Shown here piece by piece: positions 13,146 through 25,026 of a stretch of 64,000 nt of DNA (its first letter is position 1; the number at the start of each line of letters is the position of its first letter). The notes beneath the pieces were generated by a model. The model worked only from the letters and a program-made list of their open reading frames with translations. It did no database searches and was not told where the DNA came from. The position numbers and the translations under genes were made by a program. The stretch lies in the NCBI GenBank assembly GCA_009602725.1, contig WELB01000007.1, positions 293,116 to 357,115 on the forward strand, given 5' to 3'. The stretch is from Spirogloea muscicola. Lineage: Eukaryota.

Positions 13146-14735
13146 GTCGGGGGAAAGGAAAAGCGGCTGCTGAAATGAAAGAATCGGCTGTGAAATGCCA
13201 GCCAGATGCATACAGGTGTTCCTGACGGAGCCAAAGGCTAGGCAGACAGGGCGCCCTCAATACCCCCGTGTCAGCAGTAGGAAGTCAGATGAGCTGAGGG
13301 GAGGAAGAGCAACCCCGCTGCGCAAGCCAGAGGCTGCTGCAAGGGCGCGACCAGCGCGGCGGTGCAAAGCNNNNNNNNNNNNNNNNNNNNNNNNNNNNNN
13401 NNNNNNNNNNNNNNNNNNNNNNNNNNNNNNNNNNNNNNNNNNNNNNNNNNNNNNNNNNNNNNNNNNNNNNNNNNNNNNNNNNNNNNNNNNNNNNNNNNNN
13501 NNNNNNNNNNNNNNNNNNNNNNNNNNNNNNNNNNNNNNNNNNNNNNNNNNNNNNNNNNNNNNNNNNNNNNNNNNNCGCATGCGCTTGGCCGTCTCGCTGC
13601 AGAGGTCTATGGCCCGCGCGCTGCACCTGCGTGCAGGCAGAGCCCTCGCTGCTGCCTCTGGCTCTGGCCAGGGGACCCGCTTCCAGGAACGCAGTCTCTC
13701 TGACCTGAGGCTGCTTAGCAGGGGTTACTGAGTGCTTCGTAGCTGCTTCGTTTCTTTTCTGTGCTTGTTGTTCTTCGTACTTCCCCTGGCCCCTTCTCGT
13801 CCTTTGTACATCCTTTTCTGGGCTGGCTTTTTCCAGCCCCTATCCTCAATGGGCGAGCCCTTCTCGCTTTATGGGCGAGCACTTTCTTAGCACTCCGGCT
13901 CCTTCAGTCCTTGTCCATTCCTCTGGGCCTCTCACAGCCACCAGTCAATCTGGCCGCGCTTTCTTCTTTCGTTGAGGAATGGAGTGCGTAATGAGTAGTG
14001 GAGGGCCTGATTGGCCTAGTGCTAAGGCAAGCACATCGACAGCATGTACATCACCTGCCGTTAAGCTGACCCGCTCAGTAACCACGAGTAAACACGTGGA
14101 GGTCGCCACCTGAAAGAAATGGCTCGCCCATAGGAGACGAGGGGCTAGCAAAGCCAGCCCAGAAAAGAATGGACAATATCTGCAGGCCACAAAGGCCACA
14201 GACCGGTGCCAGAAAAGAAAACACACCAGGACACGTAATGATGCAAGGTGGATGCTCAGTATCCACAAGTGAGCAACAGCAAATCAGAGTAAATCGAAGC
14301 AGGAAAAGCGGCACTCCGCTGAGACCCCGAGGCAGCAGCCTCCTGAAAGAAGGGCTCACCCATTGAGGATAGGGGCTGGAAAAAGCCAGCCCAAAAAAGT
14401 ATGAACCGAAAAGGGAGGCGAAGCAAGCCCGGACACAGTGCAAGAAGAACAACAGTCTATAGGGTCTCAATAAAGTGCACAAGACGGAAGGAGAGGAGCA
14501 AACCGAGGGAGCGGACCGAGGCGCCTGCTGCCACCCCGCTTGCGCCGCGCCTGTGGCTCACGAGCCGAAGCGGCGGGCTTGCGCGCTTCGCGGATTGGGG
14601 CTTGGCGGCTCGGGGCTCAGGCGAAGGCTCGGGCTTGCTCATCCTGGTCGGGTTGGCCTTGCCCCCGTTCGGAGAGCCACTTCCGCGTTGTCTCGCAGAG
14701 ACCGTCAGCTGGCTGTGGAACGCCAGCCCGAAGTG
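13146..14735. mobile_element. Retroelement 3'-end mosaic between divergent PDAT and NDUFB2 (G minus; C-D-B plus; C-D-H minus)
   Basis: Tails SDFLLLTRGY* (13257, minus), SDLRLLSRGY* (13731, plus), GDLHVFTRGY* (14075, minus) plus shared hairpin UTRs. N gap at 13371-13575. Confidence 0.8.
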
Positions 14736-14810
14736 TATCGGCAGCCCTCGCCCCGTTCGCCAGAGCCGGTCTCCTACTCTCCGGCTCGCGGGCCTCGCCG
14801 TCGGGCCGCC

Positions 14811-15359
14811 ATGGCCGGCCCTGCCGGCGGCGCGCACGGGCAGGCGTACGCCGGGCTGACGCTGCACGCGCCCAAGCGCTGGCACGTCCTCGTCGGGTCC
14901 GGCATGTGCGCCACCATGTGGTGCGCGCCCGCCGCCGCTCATGTGCTTGCCGCTGGGCTTGGCCCCTCGGGGGGCCCTCCTCCATCTCCCAGCACACACT
15001 CCAGCCATGCTGCCGCTCACGCTCCCGCGCGCGCCCGCCTGCCAGGTTCTGGGTGCTGTACCGCGCCAAGCAGGACATGCCCGTGCTGCTGGTGAGCGCC
15101 GCCTGGCCGCCCTCCGCTGCTCTGCCGGCTCCCCTCTCCCCCGGCCCCCGGCGCGCTTCACTCGGCGCCGGCCTTGAGGCCGAGCCTTCGCTGATCGCCC
15201 ATTGTGGAGGTGGTGGACTCCGTGGACCTCGTCCACTCAGCAGGTCACTCGGCAGCACTCTGCAGCTGAGCTTTCGGCTGGCGCCGCTTGCAGGGCTGGA
15301 GGCATCCCTGGGAGGGCCACCATGGGGGCGATCACGGGCACAGCGACCACCACGCCGAG
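14811..15359 (+). CDS. NDUFB2: Mitochondrial complex I subunit NDUFB2 (AGGG) homolog; 3' end uncertain
   Basis: Exons 14811-14920, 15046-15091, 15294-15359 give MAGPAGGAHGQAYAGLTLHAPKRWHVLVGSGMCATMWFWVLYRAKQDMPVLLGWRHPWEGHHGGDH, the plant NDUFB2 pattern. Confidence 0.88.
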
Positions 15360-16279
15360 GTTGGTGGCCCTCTTGCCTCCCCTCTCCGCCTGGAACCTCG
15401 GGCTCTTTCTGCTCTCCTTGACAGTCAGCTCCCTGTACTCCTAGTGGGACGTATCTCTTACAGGGGCCACGTGGCTTCCCTTCCTTCCTCGCCGTTCCTC
15501 CAGTCAGGTTCACTGCAGCACCCAGTCATGCATCCCTTGTCTGACGATGACAGCCGGAGGGTGTGTGCAATCTGCAGCACCAAGCTCTGTGCTGCTCCGC
15601 CCTGTGCTCACTCAGTGGCTGTTAGCTCGTGGTAGTCGACCTTGCGTCAGCTAACTTCATTGGTGCAAGCTGCAGGAGCACTGAGCCCCTCCCAAGGACT
15701 GCAACCAGAGTTAGAGTCCCACGGAGCTGCATCTTGTCCACTCCAATGTCAGCATCTCTTTCTACGAGTTGCAGCAAGTCGCGCTCCACCTCTCCTTGCT
15801 CTTGCAGGCTGACTCTCGGCCCACAGGCAGCTCAGAAGTCGTGCACCTACCCTGCAACATGCTGATGCATTCCTACATCATTACTGCTTGAGTCACATGA
15901 ACCCCGTGGCCATTTTAACCACCCTTGGTGCTGACACAGAAGAGTGGTTCACTCTTGACAAGAGACTCTTAGAGTGAACAGCAATGCTTATAGTGGTCAT
16001 TTCTGGCCCCTGCTGTCTACTCTCTGAAGCTGTCAAAAGGCACTAGCACAAAGTTTAGACATTCGTATGCAGGAGTACAGCAGAAGCCAACAACGGTGTC
16101 TGAAAGGCCGGCACAAGATGCAAGTCCAAGAATGCGTTACATGATCAGCAAACATTGAGAGGATGTACTCTCTAGCTGAGCAATCCAAGTACACACGCAC
16201 ACAATTCAATATTGGATTCCTGATATGCTTTGAATAATGGGTGTTACATATGACTATCTCTCAAAAATGTACATGAGAA

Positions 16280-19200
16280 TCATGGCCTTCTGAAGACAGA
16301 TGCGGTGCTCGCAAAGATTGCTGCCATTACACCTAAACCAGCTCCTACAGCTGCACCAACGGCAGCTGCTGCAAGAGCTGGCTTGTTGCCCCGCCCCTCC
16401 CTCAACGCCATGTCTGCCTCCACCGCAGTGTGCCTCTCCATGGCTGCCTTGGCCACTCCCTGCGACACATTCCTACACACAACTCCTATCACTGGACTGC
16501 CCATTGAGGGTGCACGATCAGAGGGACTGCCCATTGAGGGTGCACAATCAGCTGACCAATAGCAATTAGCATACCTTCATCTGTATGCCTGTGAAGACCA
16601 AGTGGACTAACACGAACCTGCAAAGCTTCCTCCTCAGCCTCACGAAGCACGTTGTGCACCACGTGCTGAAGCTCCTGCACCCCTTCCACAGGAAGAAGCG
16701 CTTCCCTCCTCCGGAATGGAAGTTGAACTAGATAAGTGGGAGCATGCATCAGCAATGAGGCTGTTCCTTGCAGCCCGTGCACCTGTGCAGTTGCACTGCC
16801 AGCTGTTCCACTCTCCTTGCCTGTTCCGTAAACACTATATGGACAGGAATTGACCACAGCTGCTGACGTCCTCGGGAACCTGTAACAAACAGAAAGGGTC
16901 GCAGAAGCTCATGAGTTGCATGCTTCAGCGAGCTTGTCAGGCAGTTGCACTTTGGATTGACAAGAGATGCTCTGCTCATCATGCTCCTAGGCATCCGACG
17001 AAGCTGTCACTTAGCTTGCGGCCTTACCCATACGTATTCTCAACAGAATTGACTGCTTGTTGTCGTCGGTCTGCGCTTGCAGCAAATTTGTTTGTAATTG
17101 CCAATAGCACTGGCACGCCAGCTGCAGTCACCTCATCTAAAAGCACTGACAGAGCTGGCCTTGACTGGCCTGATTCACTAGCGGGGGGATCGTGAAAACT
17201 CCTATCGGAGGTACGACGAAGCATTGGAACTTTGTGCGCAAGATTGTGCACAAGAACAACAAGGTCCACCCTCTTCCCTAGCATCCCAGCCTTACGCGAC
17301 AGCTCCTGTCGCAAGTGGAAGGCCTCTCCAGCGAGGTCCTGTCATTCCAAGTAGCAAATGCACACTCACCACTTCAGAGAGTGATTGACAAAATCCCTAC
17401 AACTTGCACGAGAACCCTCCAAATGGTTCCTCGAGAGTGCAGCCTGAAGAACACCCACACACAGTGCACCTGGAGGTTGACACCAAAGCCATCCACGTAA
17501 CCAACACCAGCAGAGACACCCTCTCGCCAATCCATATCAGGTAGCACACCGCTATCGATCGAGCTAACAGTGGCTCCCCCTTCCTGCCCCAGCAAAGCAC
17601 AATATAGCGAAGTCTTTCCTGCACCCTAAAAAAGGCATTCAAATGCCTACTTCAGTACTGGCAAACACAACCAGCATTCCACATATCACAGCACACCTGC
17701 ACCAGATTGAATTGCTAGCACAGAACTACTGACCTCCAAGCCCAATAAACGGACCCGGCGAAGGCGCATGGCAACAGCGTGGGAGTCATCTATGAAATCA
17801 GAACTGCAATGTATAATGACTTCAGCAGCAGCTTCGTCATCCCCAAAACCAAGCTGGGCATGCAGTGGCAACTCCGGCTCCTCGGCCCTGTCCACCAGCT
17901 CGCTTGAGGGGGCCGACCCCATTGAAGCCTTGCCGCTGAGCCTAGCAAACAAGTCTCTCCATCTCACCCTTGACACGTGCTGCTGCCCATCATGTTGTCC
18001 TTTCATCGAGGACTTTGGCAAGCTAGGCACATCCAAGGCTTTATTCCGACATAAGTTCCCAGTTCCTTGTCTGGGAGCTGCTCGCAGAAGGTTGAACCAG
18101 CCACGTGCGCCCTCGGTGCTTGAGAGCGAGGGCACGTCAGTTAACATGCCATCCACCACTACCTCCAGCTCACGTTCCTCCTCTGCTTGAGCTGGAGGAG
18201 CACGCCGTAAGGGAGGCCCAATCTGGAGTCGCATTGTCTGCAGAGGCTGAGGATTGTTTGATGGCAGGTCCTGGTGAATGGGTGGCGGACTGGCTGGTAT
18301 GTCCAACATGGTGGAGCACCTGCCAAGGAAACGACATGCAACCTATAAACGGCCGAGGCACGTTGGTAAAGTACCAAGGCAGGCGGACCCATCCAAGCAT
18401 CCAAAGTATAGCTAGGAGACGTGCGGCCTCCGCGCCTCACCAGCGACCATTCACGCATGCCCTGACGAGTGAGCACAAGTGCAGGCCCCTGCCCTGGACG
18501 TCTACTTTGATAGAATTTGATCCATTCTCTGCTGGAACTCCTGTCCAACCAATCGGCACCACTGATGTTGCAGCGCGTATCTTCAACCCCTCTGCCAGCT
18601 GACCAGCTACCACTGGAGGCATGCGTATGCCTGTCATCCATTCGTAGATGCCAGGAAAGTTCTCCTTGATGGCCACCGGCAAAGCCATGCCGTCCTCAGC
18701 CATGTGCATCTCGTACATTCTGGCAGAGGACAGGGTTGGCAACAACTAATGCCTCAAACTAAAGAGGTACTCTAATACAGTACTCCACCTCCAGGATGAA
18801 TGTCAAGGGAGTCCATGTACAGTTGCTCATCTTCCCTCTAGTACATTCTTGGAGGACTTCTGATGAGCCATAAACCACAAGCATACCACTAGCCATAGGT
18901 TGTCACGGGAGCCAATGGCAAGCAATGTAATAAGCACCCTTGCAAATCGGACTTACTTTTGAAAACGAGCACGATAGGAACTCATTGTGTGAGAAGCAAA
19001 GCGCTCCCTCAACTCCGTCAGAAACGATTGCATCTACATGCAAAAGTAATACAGTCATGCCACATACATCAGCAATGACACCGGCTAATCCATGATGTGC
19101 ATAAACAGCTGCCAGGCCACTGCCAACCAGCTCACATGCTGCACTACCGTGTCCTGCTGGCTGACCTGACGAGATCTGTGTCATCATTGTACTAACTACA

Positions 19201-22200
19201 CTTACCGTTGAAAGTCGCGAAAACTCAGTCGCCGATAGGCGTTCAGCGGTCTTTGGGTGGAGGAGATAGAGCTGCAAGTGTCAGGTTAACCCAGGAGCGA
19301 ACAGGAATGGTTAGACCTTGTTGAAATGAAACTTTCACGAAAACATCCAGCAGTCGTGCTTGCCTTTCTGCGCAAGGTCAGCAAATCTCAAAGGTTCTCT
19401 CAAGAGAACGTCTCAGCAGAGTTGCAAAAGCCTATTCTGCCACAAGACGACCGATTAAAGTAGTAGGCGCACCTGTCCAAAGGGTACATAGGATGGAAAG
19501 GAAGGCAGTCGACTCTGCCATGTGTGGCTGAACTGGTTGACATTTCTTGTCTGAGTACTTGCTTCCCCTTCCGCTTGACTCTCAGGCCTCTTGGTTGTAA
19601 CAGGGTCAGCCACATCGAGTGCAGTATCCTGTAGTCCTGCTGGCCTTACTGTTGCCCTCTCTTGATCCTCCTTGATGACCATAGTTGGTGAAACGACAGG
19701 CGGAGACACTGTGCTTGTAAGTGCCATTCCCTTCTCCCCACTGCCTCCACGTGCACCTTTCGGAATCTGGAGCCACTGAAATTGGCCTTGCGCTCTTGCA
19801 AGCGGCACAAGCTTGTGAACTCTCCACAAACTCCTCCGTGACGGCTCAGCTGCATCTCCTGATCTTCGTCTGTCATCATCCCTCCTTTCATCATCTGCGG
19901 TAGCCCTTGACCTGTCCTTGCTCTCGGGAGTCGGCGTCACTAAGTTCACTCCTACTACCAAAGGCGGCTGCTGTTTGGCCAGGGTTACGTTTCCTGCTGG
20001 TTCAGCAGATGGCTGGAGACGGTAATGCTCAAAATAGGCTGGCGAAAGAAGGCGAGGCACAATGTCTTCTGGGATGCAGTATGACCTGAAATATCGCTGC
20101 CAGCCTCTCTTGTGGACGTAGCTGGCCCAAGTCACACAGTACTGCTTGAGTGAGTAGGCCATCTGAAACAGAGGAAGAACAACGAAGGGCATCCCTCCAC
20201 TCCCTCCACATGCACCATCTCAGGCCTGCTTTGTCTTCCAAGCAAAAGTGAAGGCCGTGACTTGGAAAGCTCACTCTCGCAGAGCAGCATTGCCAACAGG
20301 TGGCTGGGAGAAGGTTATGCACTTGATGTCTGGCCGTCGTGACTTGGGCATTGTTGCTGAACTGAGGGCTCTAAGAATGCCCAGAGTTGATAGAACAGCA
20401 ACCTGCAAGACATGCAATCAATATGTCACTGTGGTCTTGCTTGTCTTCCCTGCCCGCCGGACTCTTGTGTTTCAGTCTAGGGTTTATGGTAGAGGGTTAA
20501 GGTCTGGGGTCAAAGATTCAATGCCGACTGCGCTTCAGAGTAGTCAAGCTGTTCTGTGGGATGGCCTGGAGGACAAGCTCACCGCTCCTCCTAGGGAGTG
20601 GCCACAGAGGACAAGATTCTGCTCCCTCTTCTGGGCCAACCTGTACAGCTCCAAGACAGGTATGCTCCTTGCTCTGGCCAGAAAGCCCTGCAGCTCACGC
20701 ACACATCACCTTGGAGTCTCAGCAATCACAGTGCTTTGCTGACAACCAGTTACGCATCCAAACCTGCTGATGAGTTCAATACTTTGCAGAGAGCGGACAG
20801 ACGCAAGGAAGACGAGCCTGTTTGCTTGCCGCAAAAGAGTTTAGACAAGAAGGGAATAGCAGTGAGAAGCATTGAGTCTAGAGCTTGCCAGGGAGACTGC
20901 TGCACATCCTCCACTCACTTCGTCCGCCAATACATGAGACTAGCAATCTCTTGTAGCCTGCGGTGTCATAGGGCCTGACTACAAGAACAATCTTATGCAG
21001 TGCAAGCACTGGCTGTTTGGTACTGAGACATACACGGTGGGCTGCAGGCCGAGGTCCTCTATGATGTCGTCTCCGTGGTACAGAGACCACCTCCTGCCTC
21101 TTGGCAGAGCCTGCGAGAGCGACAGAGTGAGCCAGCTGCCCCTGAGCAGACCCCGGAATGGCCTCGTACTCGTCGCTCTCAAAAGGGAGAGTATCCTGGA
21201 GCACATTTGCATCTGCCATGTAGTCCCTGCACGCCCTCATAAGAGGCTCGACATGAGAGGCGCGCCCAGGTGGTATGCACACAGTCAGGGCTTCAATCCC
21301 AGCGGGAGCAGGTAAACCCAGTGAAGAGGCAGCTCGCCCAGGCAAGCACCTTACAGAATACCGTGTGAGCAGATGCGGAGGGGAAGCCAAGGCCTGCAGT
21401 GCTGCCACTGCTATGTTGGTCCGGTCGATGGACAGGGCTGAATATGTGCTTTGAGAGACTCACCTGTAATGTTTGGTCCCCACGAAGGTGGCAAAGAGAG
21501 TGTCTCCAGCGACCGCCAAGACATACCTGTGACAAGTGCAATCGAGCATCATAATCAGCATGGGAGGCCTGCCTGCGACTGCAATCGCTGCCAGGGGAAG
21601 AGGAGCCTTGCAAGCATGCAGACGAACGCTGGGAAGGCAGAAAAAAGTGCCTGTGCGGAACGTGGTCCAGCGACATCTGCACCCTCTCCAACTTCACCAG
21701 ATCACCCCCAAAGTCCGCCTTGAAGCGATTGAGAGCGCTGAGGAACTCCGCCTGCGGCCTCTGCAGCTCCAATTGCCACATTGCACGCTGTCCTTCGGTC
21801 ATCGAGGCGATGCCCGTGGCAAGGAGCTCTAAATCGAGCTCGTCACCACGTGGCAAGGCCGGGTAGGTGTCCGAGCAGGAGAAGCGCAGAGGGCACCTCG
21901 AAGGCGACCCCCTGCTCTGGCCTCGCCCTGGTGAGGCGTACATCAGCGGCGGGAAGGTGCGCCATGGCCCAGCACGCGGGCGAGCACCGCAAGGTGCAGC
22001 TGCCGCAAGCAGCTGGTCGAGCGCGGGCTCGGCTCGAGGCGGAGCTGCACCTTGTAGACGCACTCGGAGAGGACCATGGCGCCGAGGATGTCCTCCAGGT
22101 CGGAGACGCTGTCGGCCTTGACGGCGTCGCAGAGCGCCCGCAGCCGCTCCCTCTTCTTTGCCTCTGCAGCGAGGGAGCCGGAGGTGCCAAAAAGAGAGTC

Positions 22201-22420
22201 GAGGTTCTTGTCACGCGTCACGACCTCGAGAGGGGCAGGCGTGAAAGGCGGGGCGCTCGCGTCGCGTGCGGGCGACGGCGGAGCGCCGTCTGCGCGGCAG
22301 GAGGCTGGCCGTGGCGGGAAGGGCCCCGAGGCGCGGGGCGGGCTGCCGGGCGCTGATGCCGGGGCCCCCCGGGGCGTCGCGTGGCGGCGGCGCGCCCGGC
22401 AGCCAAGTGGGGAGGCGCAT
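16280..22420 (-). CDS. Large class-3 lipase-like protein (plant At3g07400-type), spliced; start uncertain
   Basis: DLEDILGAMVLSECVYK, FKADFGGDLVKLERVQMSLDHVPHR, GDTLFATFVGTKHY, nucleophile elbow LVLCGHSLGGA, SYCIPEDIVPRLLSPAYF, C-terminal AAAVGAAVGAGLGV...RRP*. Confidence 0.85.
16494..16553. repeat. 30-bp tandem duplication in the probable last intron of the lipase gene
   Basis: ggactgcccattgagggtgcac(g/a)atcag twice with 30-bp period. Confidence 0.85.
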
Positions 22421-22494
22421 GGCGGCGGCGGCAGGGGCACCTGCCTCCGGCAGCGTGGCCGCGATGCCGCACTCCGCTGGTGTCCAGCCCCCCT

Positions 22495-24600
22495 TCTGGT
22501 GCTGTTTGTTCTTCGTACTTCCTCTGGCCCCTTCTCGTCCTTTGTTCACTCTTTCTGGGGCGGGCTTTTTCCAGCCCCTATCCTCAATGGGCGAGCCCTT
22601 CATCCTCTGGAAGCGCTTGCCCAAGCATCAGACAGAGAGGAATGGCGCGCCCTTACAGAAGAGGTGCTGGCCAAGCCAGCCCAATAGCTGGCTTCTAATA
22701 GAGAGGCCAGCCCAAAGAGAAGACAAAGGGGCACGGGCCAGAGTCGTTGCTGCAGGTGAGGATGAGCGTCGCAAGACATCAAGAGAAGTGGCACTCCCCA
22801 ATGAGAAGAGGGGTTGGCAAAGCCAGCCCAAAAAAGAATGGACAATGTCCAAAGCCAAAGAAAGAGGAGCCGGAAAAAGGACTACACTACAAAACACTGC
22901 AGAACACACAAACGATGCAGAGGGCAGCTCAGTACTCACGAGTGAGCAACATCAGGTCTGAGTAGCTCGCTGCAGGGAAAGAGGCACTCCGCCGAGATCC
23001 AGAGGCGGCGGCCACAGCACGGCCTGCTCGCGTGTGGACGGCGTGGGCAAGGGAACGTTGAAGCGATACGGCCAGGCGCATGCGGAAGACTTGTGCAAGC
23101 GAACCGGCGGCGTTGAAGCCGGGCATCGCCCCTGGCAGACCCGGCCGCCGGTCAATGGCCTGGCGGGCAAGCCGCTGAATGAGATCCAGCCAGCGGCTGC
23201 CGAAAGCCCCGTGTACATCCATCGCCAGGGCCGCGTATACGTCACCAACCGGGTGATCAGCATATTTTCGCTCCGTGCCCCGGGCCGCCAGGCCGACCGC
23301 GTGCCCTGCAAACGACGCCGATCGGGTGGGATTGGCTAGAAAGAAGAAGGGCTCGCCCATTGAGGATAGGGGCTGGAAAAAGCCAGCCCAGAAAAGAATG
23401 AACAAAGGACGAGAAGGGGCCAGGGGAAGTACAAAGAACAAGCAGCACAGAAAAGAAACGAAGCAGCTACGAAGCACTCAGTAACCCCTGCTAAGCAGCC
23501 TCAGGTCAGAGAGACTGGGTCACTGGGACTGGGGCTAGAAAGGAGGGGACGAGTTCTCACTGGCCGTCGATGAGAGGGCTTTCGGGTCTTCTTCTTCTTA
23601 GCGCTTTAGGCCCCTCCGTCATTTGGGGCCCCTTCGAACCTTTGTCAATTCTTTTCGGGGTGGCTATTCAAAGCCCTTGCCGCCATTGGGAGAGCCACTA
23701 CTTCTTCTTCTTTCGGGTCTCGGTGGCTGTAGACCTGTTGTTGGCCCGGCTTGCGCAGCACGCTGTGTCCCGCATGCGTTTCGTTACTTTCGCTGCTGGC
23801 CTCTGTGCCGGTTACGCCCGTTTCACCTCTCGAGCTGACCAGCGGCGCCGGGAACAGCACTTCCTGGATGCCGGAAAGATGAACTACAGTCTGCCAAGCC
23901 CGTGGCTCCGTCATGAACACCTGTATGCATCTGGCTGGCCTTTTACAGCCGCTCTGTGCATGTCAGCAGCCGCATCCTCTGAGGCGAGGCGAGCAGGTCG
24001 ACTTCAACGCCGCTGACTCGCTAGCCTGTCCATATCACGCCTGCGGGCCATGCCCACACCTTCCATCTGCGTACTGGCCGTGCTCCAGCTGCAGCCTCTG
24101 GCTTTCGTCAAGGAGATCGCTCTCCTGCGGCTAGTGTTTCTGACTTGCGGCTACTAAATAGAGGTTGCTAAGTGACTATCATGAATGGTCATTTACCATT
24201 TATACTTTACAGTGCTTTTCGGCCCTGTTCGGACCTTGTCAACCTTTTTGGGCTGGCTGTTCACAGCCCTTGCCCCATTGAAGAGCCACCTGCTTTTTTT
24301 TCTGAAAAGCAGCATGTGTCCAACGCCTGGAAGAAGACAGGAAGACTGTTCCAGTTGGGGGCGATAGCTTTGATTGGCCAGCCCAGAGAGAGAATGAACA
24401 AATGTTCATCAAATGCCGAGGAACCCTGGAGTGATTTTGCTTATTGATATACCTAAGCGAGTGACCCGGCGCATTGAAGCAACCTACTCGCCCTGCTGTC
24501 CTCGATGCCAGAGTACTGCTGGTTGCGGTAGCCCCTGGAGAGACATGGTTCACAGGGGTCGCAGAGGGCTGTGAAAAGCCAGCCCAGAGAGAACTCCAAA
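22495..24600. mobile_element. Retroelement 3'-end mosaic upstream of the lipase gene (C plus; C-D minus; A, G, E plus)
   Basis: Multiple family UTRs with the GGGCTG..CAGCCC hairpin; tails SDLRLLSRGY* (23478, minus) and SDLRLLNRGC* (~24171, plus). Confidence 0.8.
22785..23337 (-). mobile_element. Longest family-D copy: open RLE C-terminal frame plus 3' UTR
   Basis: Open frame ...AARGTERKYADHPVGDVYAALAMDVHGAFGSRWLDLIQRLARQA...RMRLAVSLQRSLAHAV...SDLMLLTREY* (stop 22929). Resembles the KxxKY / PLAxExxGxxG / RLSxxLQR end of RLE retroelement ORFs. Confidence 0.8.
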
Positions 24601-25026
24601 ATGGAAAATGGATCGCACAAGACCCAAGCTGAGCTCGGCCTGGCTACCACAGCTCTGCTGGCCGCAGCCCCCTGGGGCAAGTCTAGCTGCCCCTGGGAGG
24701 CAACGCCTTCACCGGTATGGTCTGCCCCATCGCCTGCAGGCAGATCTCCCCCAGCCACTGCAAGAACCACGCCCTGACGGTTGACCACCTAAGGCAAGTA
24801 CGCGGCACAATACAACTCTGCAACTGTACCTCCCTCAAGAGGGCAAGCACTCTACCTAGTGAATGCATGAAGTACTGGTCTGTGCCCGGACCGCCATTAG
24901 ACTTCATGACTGTATACCAATAACGGGCACACTGTCAGTCATCTATATGCTTACAGCCAGTGCCACCATCTTGACATGTGAGCAATCAGATCATTCTTGT
25001 CCTTCTCATCAGCTGTCTGGGTCAAC

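Noticed and set aside
22805..22850. T-run plus stem-loop as an Sm-site snRNA or spliced-leader RNA gene
   Set aside because: Where context is intact it lies in a retroelement UTR downstream of the ORF stop; no other snRNA or SL features are recognisable.
24700..24923. Cys/His-rich peptide (VCPIACRQ...HCKNH...DHLRQ) as a retroelement N-terminal zinc finger
   Set aside because: Spacing is not a convincing C2H2/CCHC pattern and there is no link to an RT; unsupported without a search.
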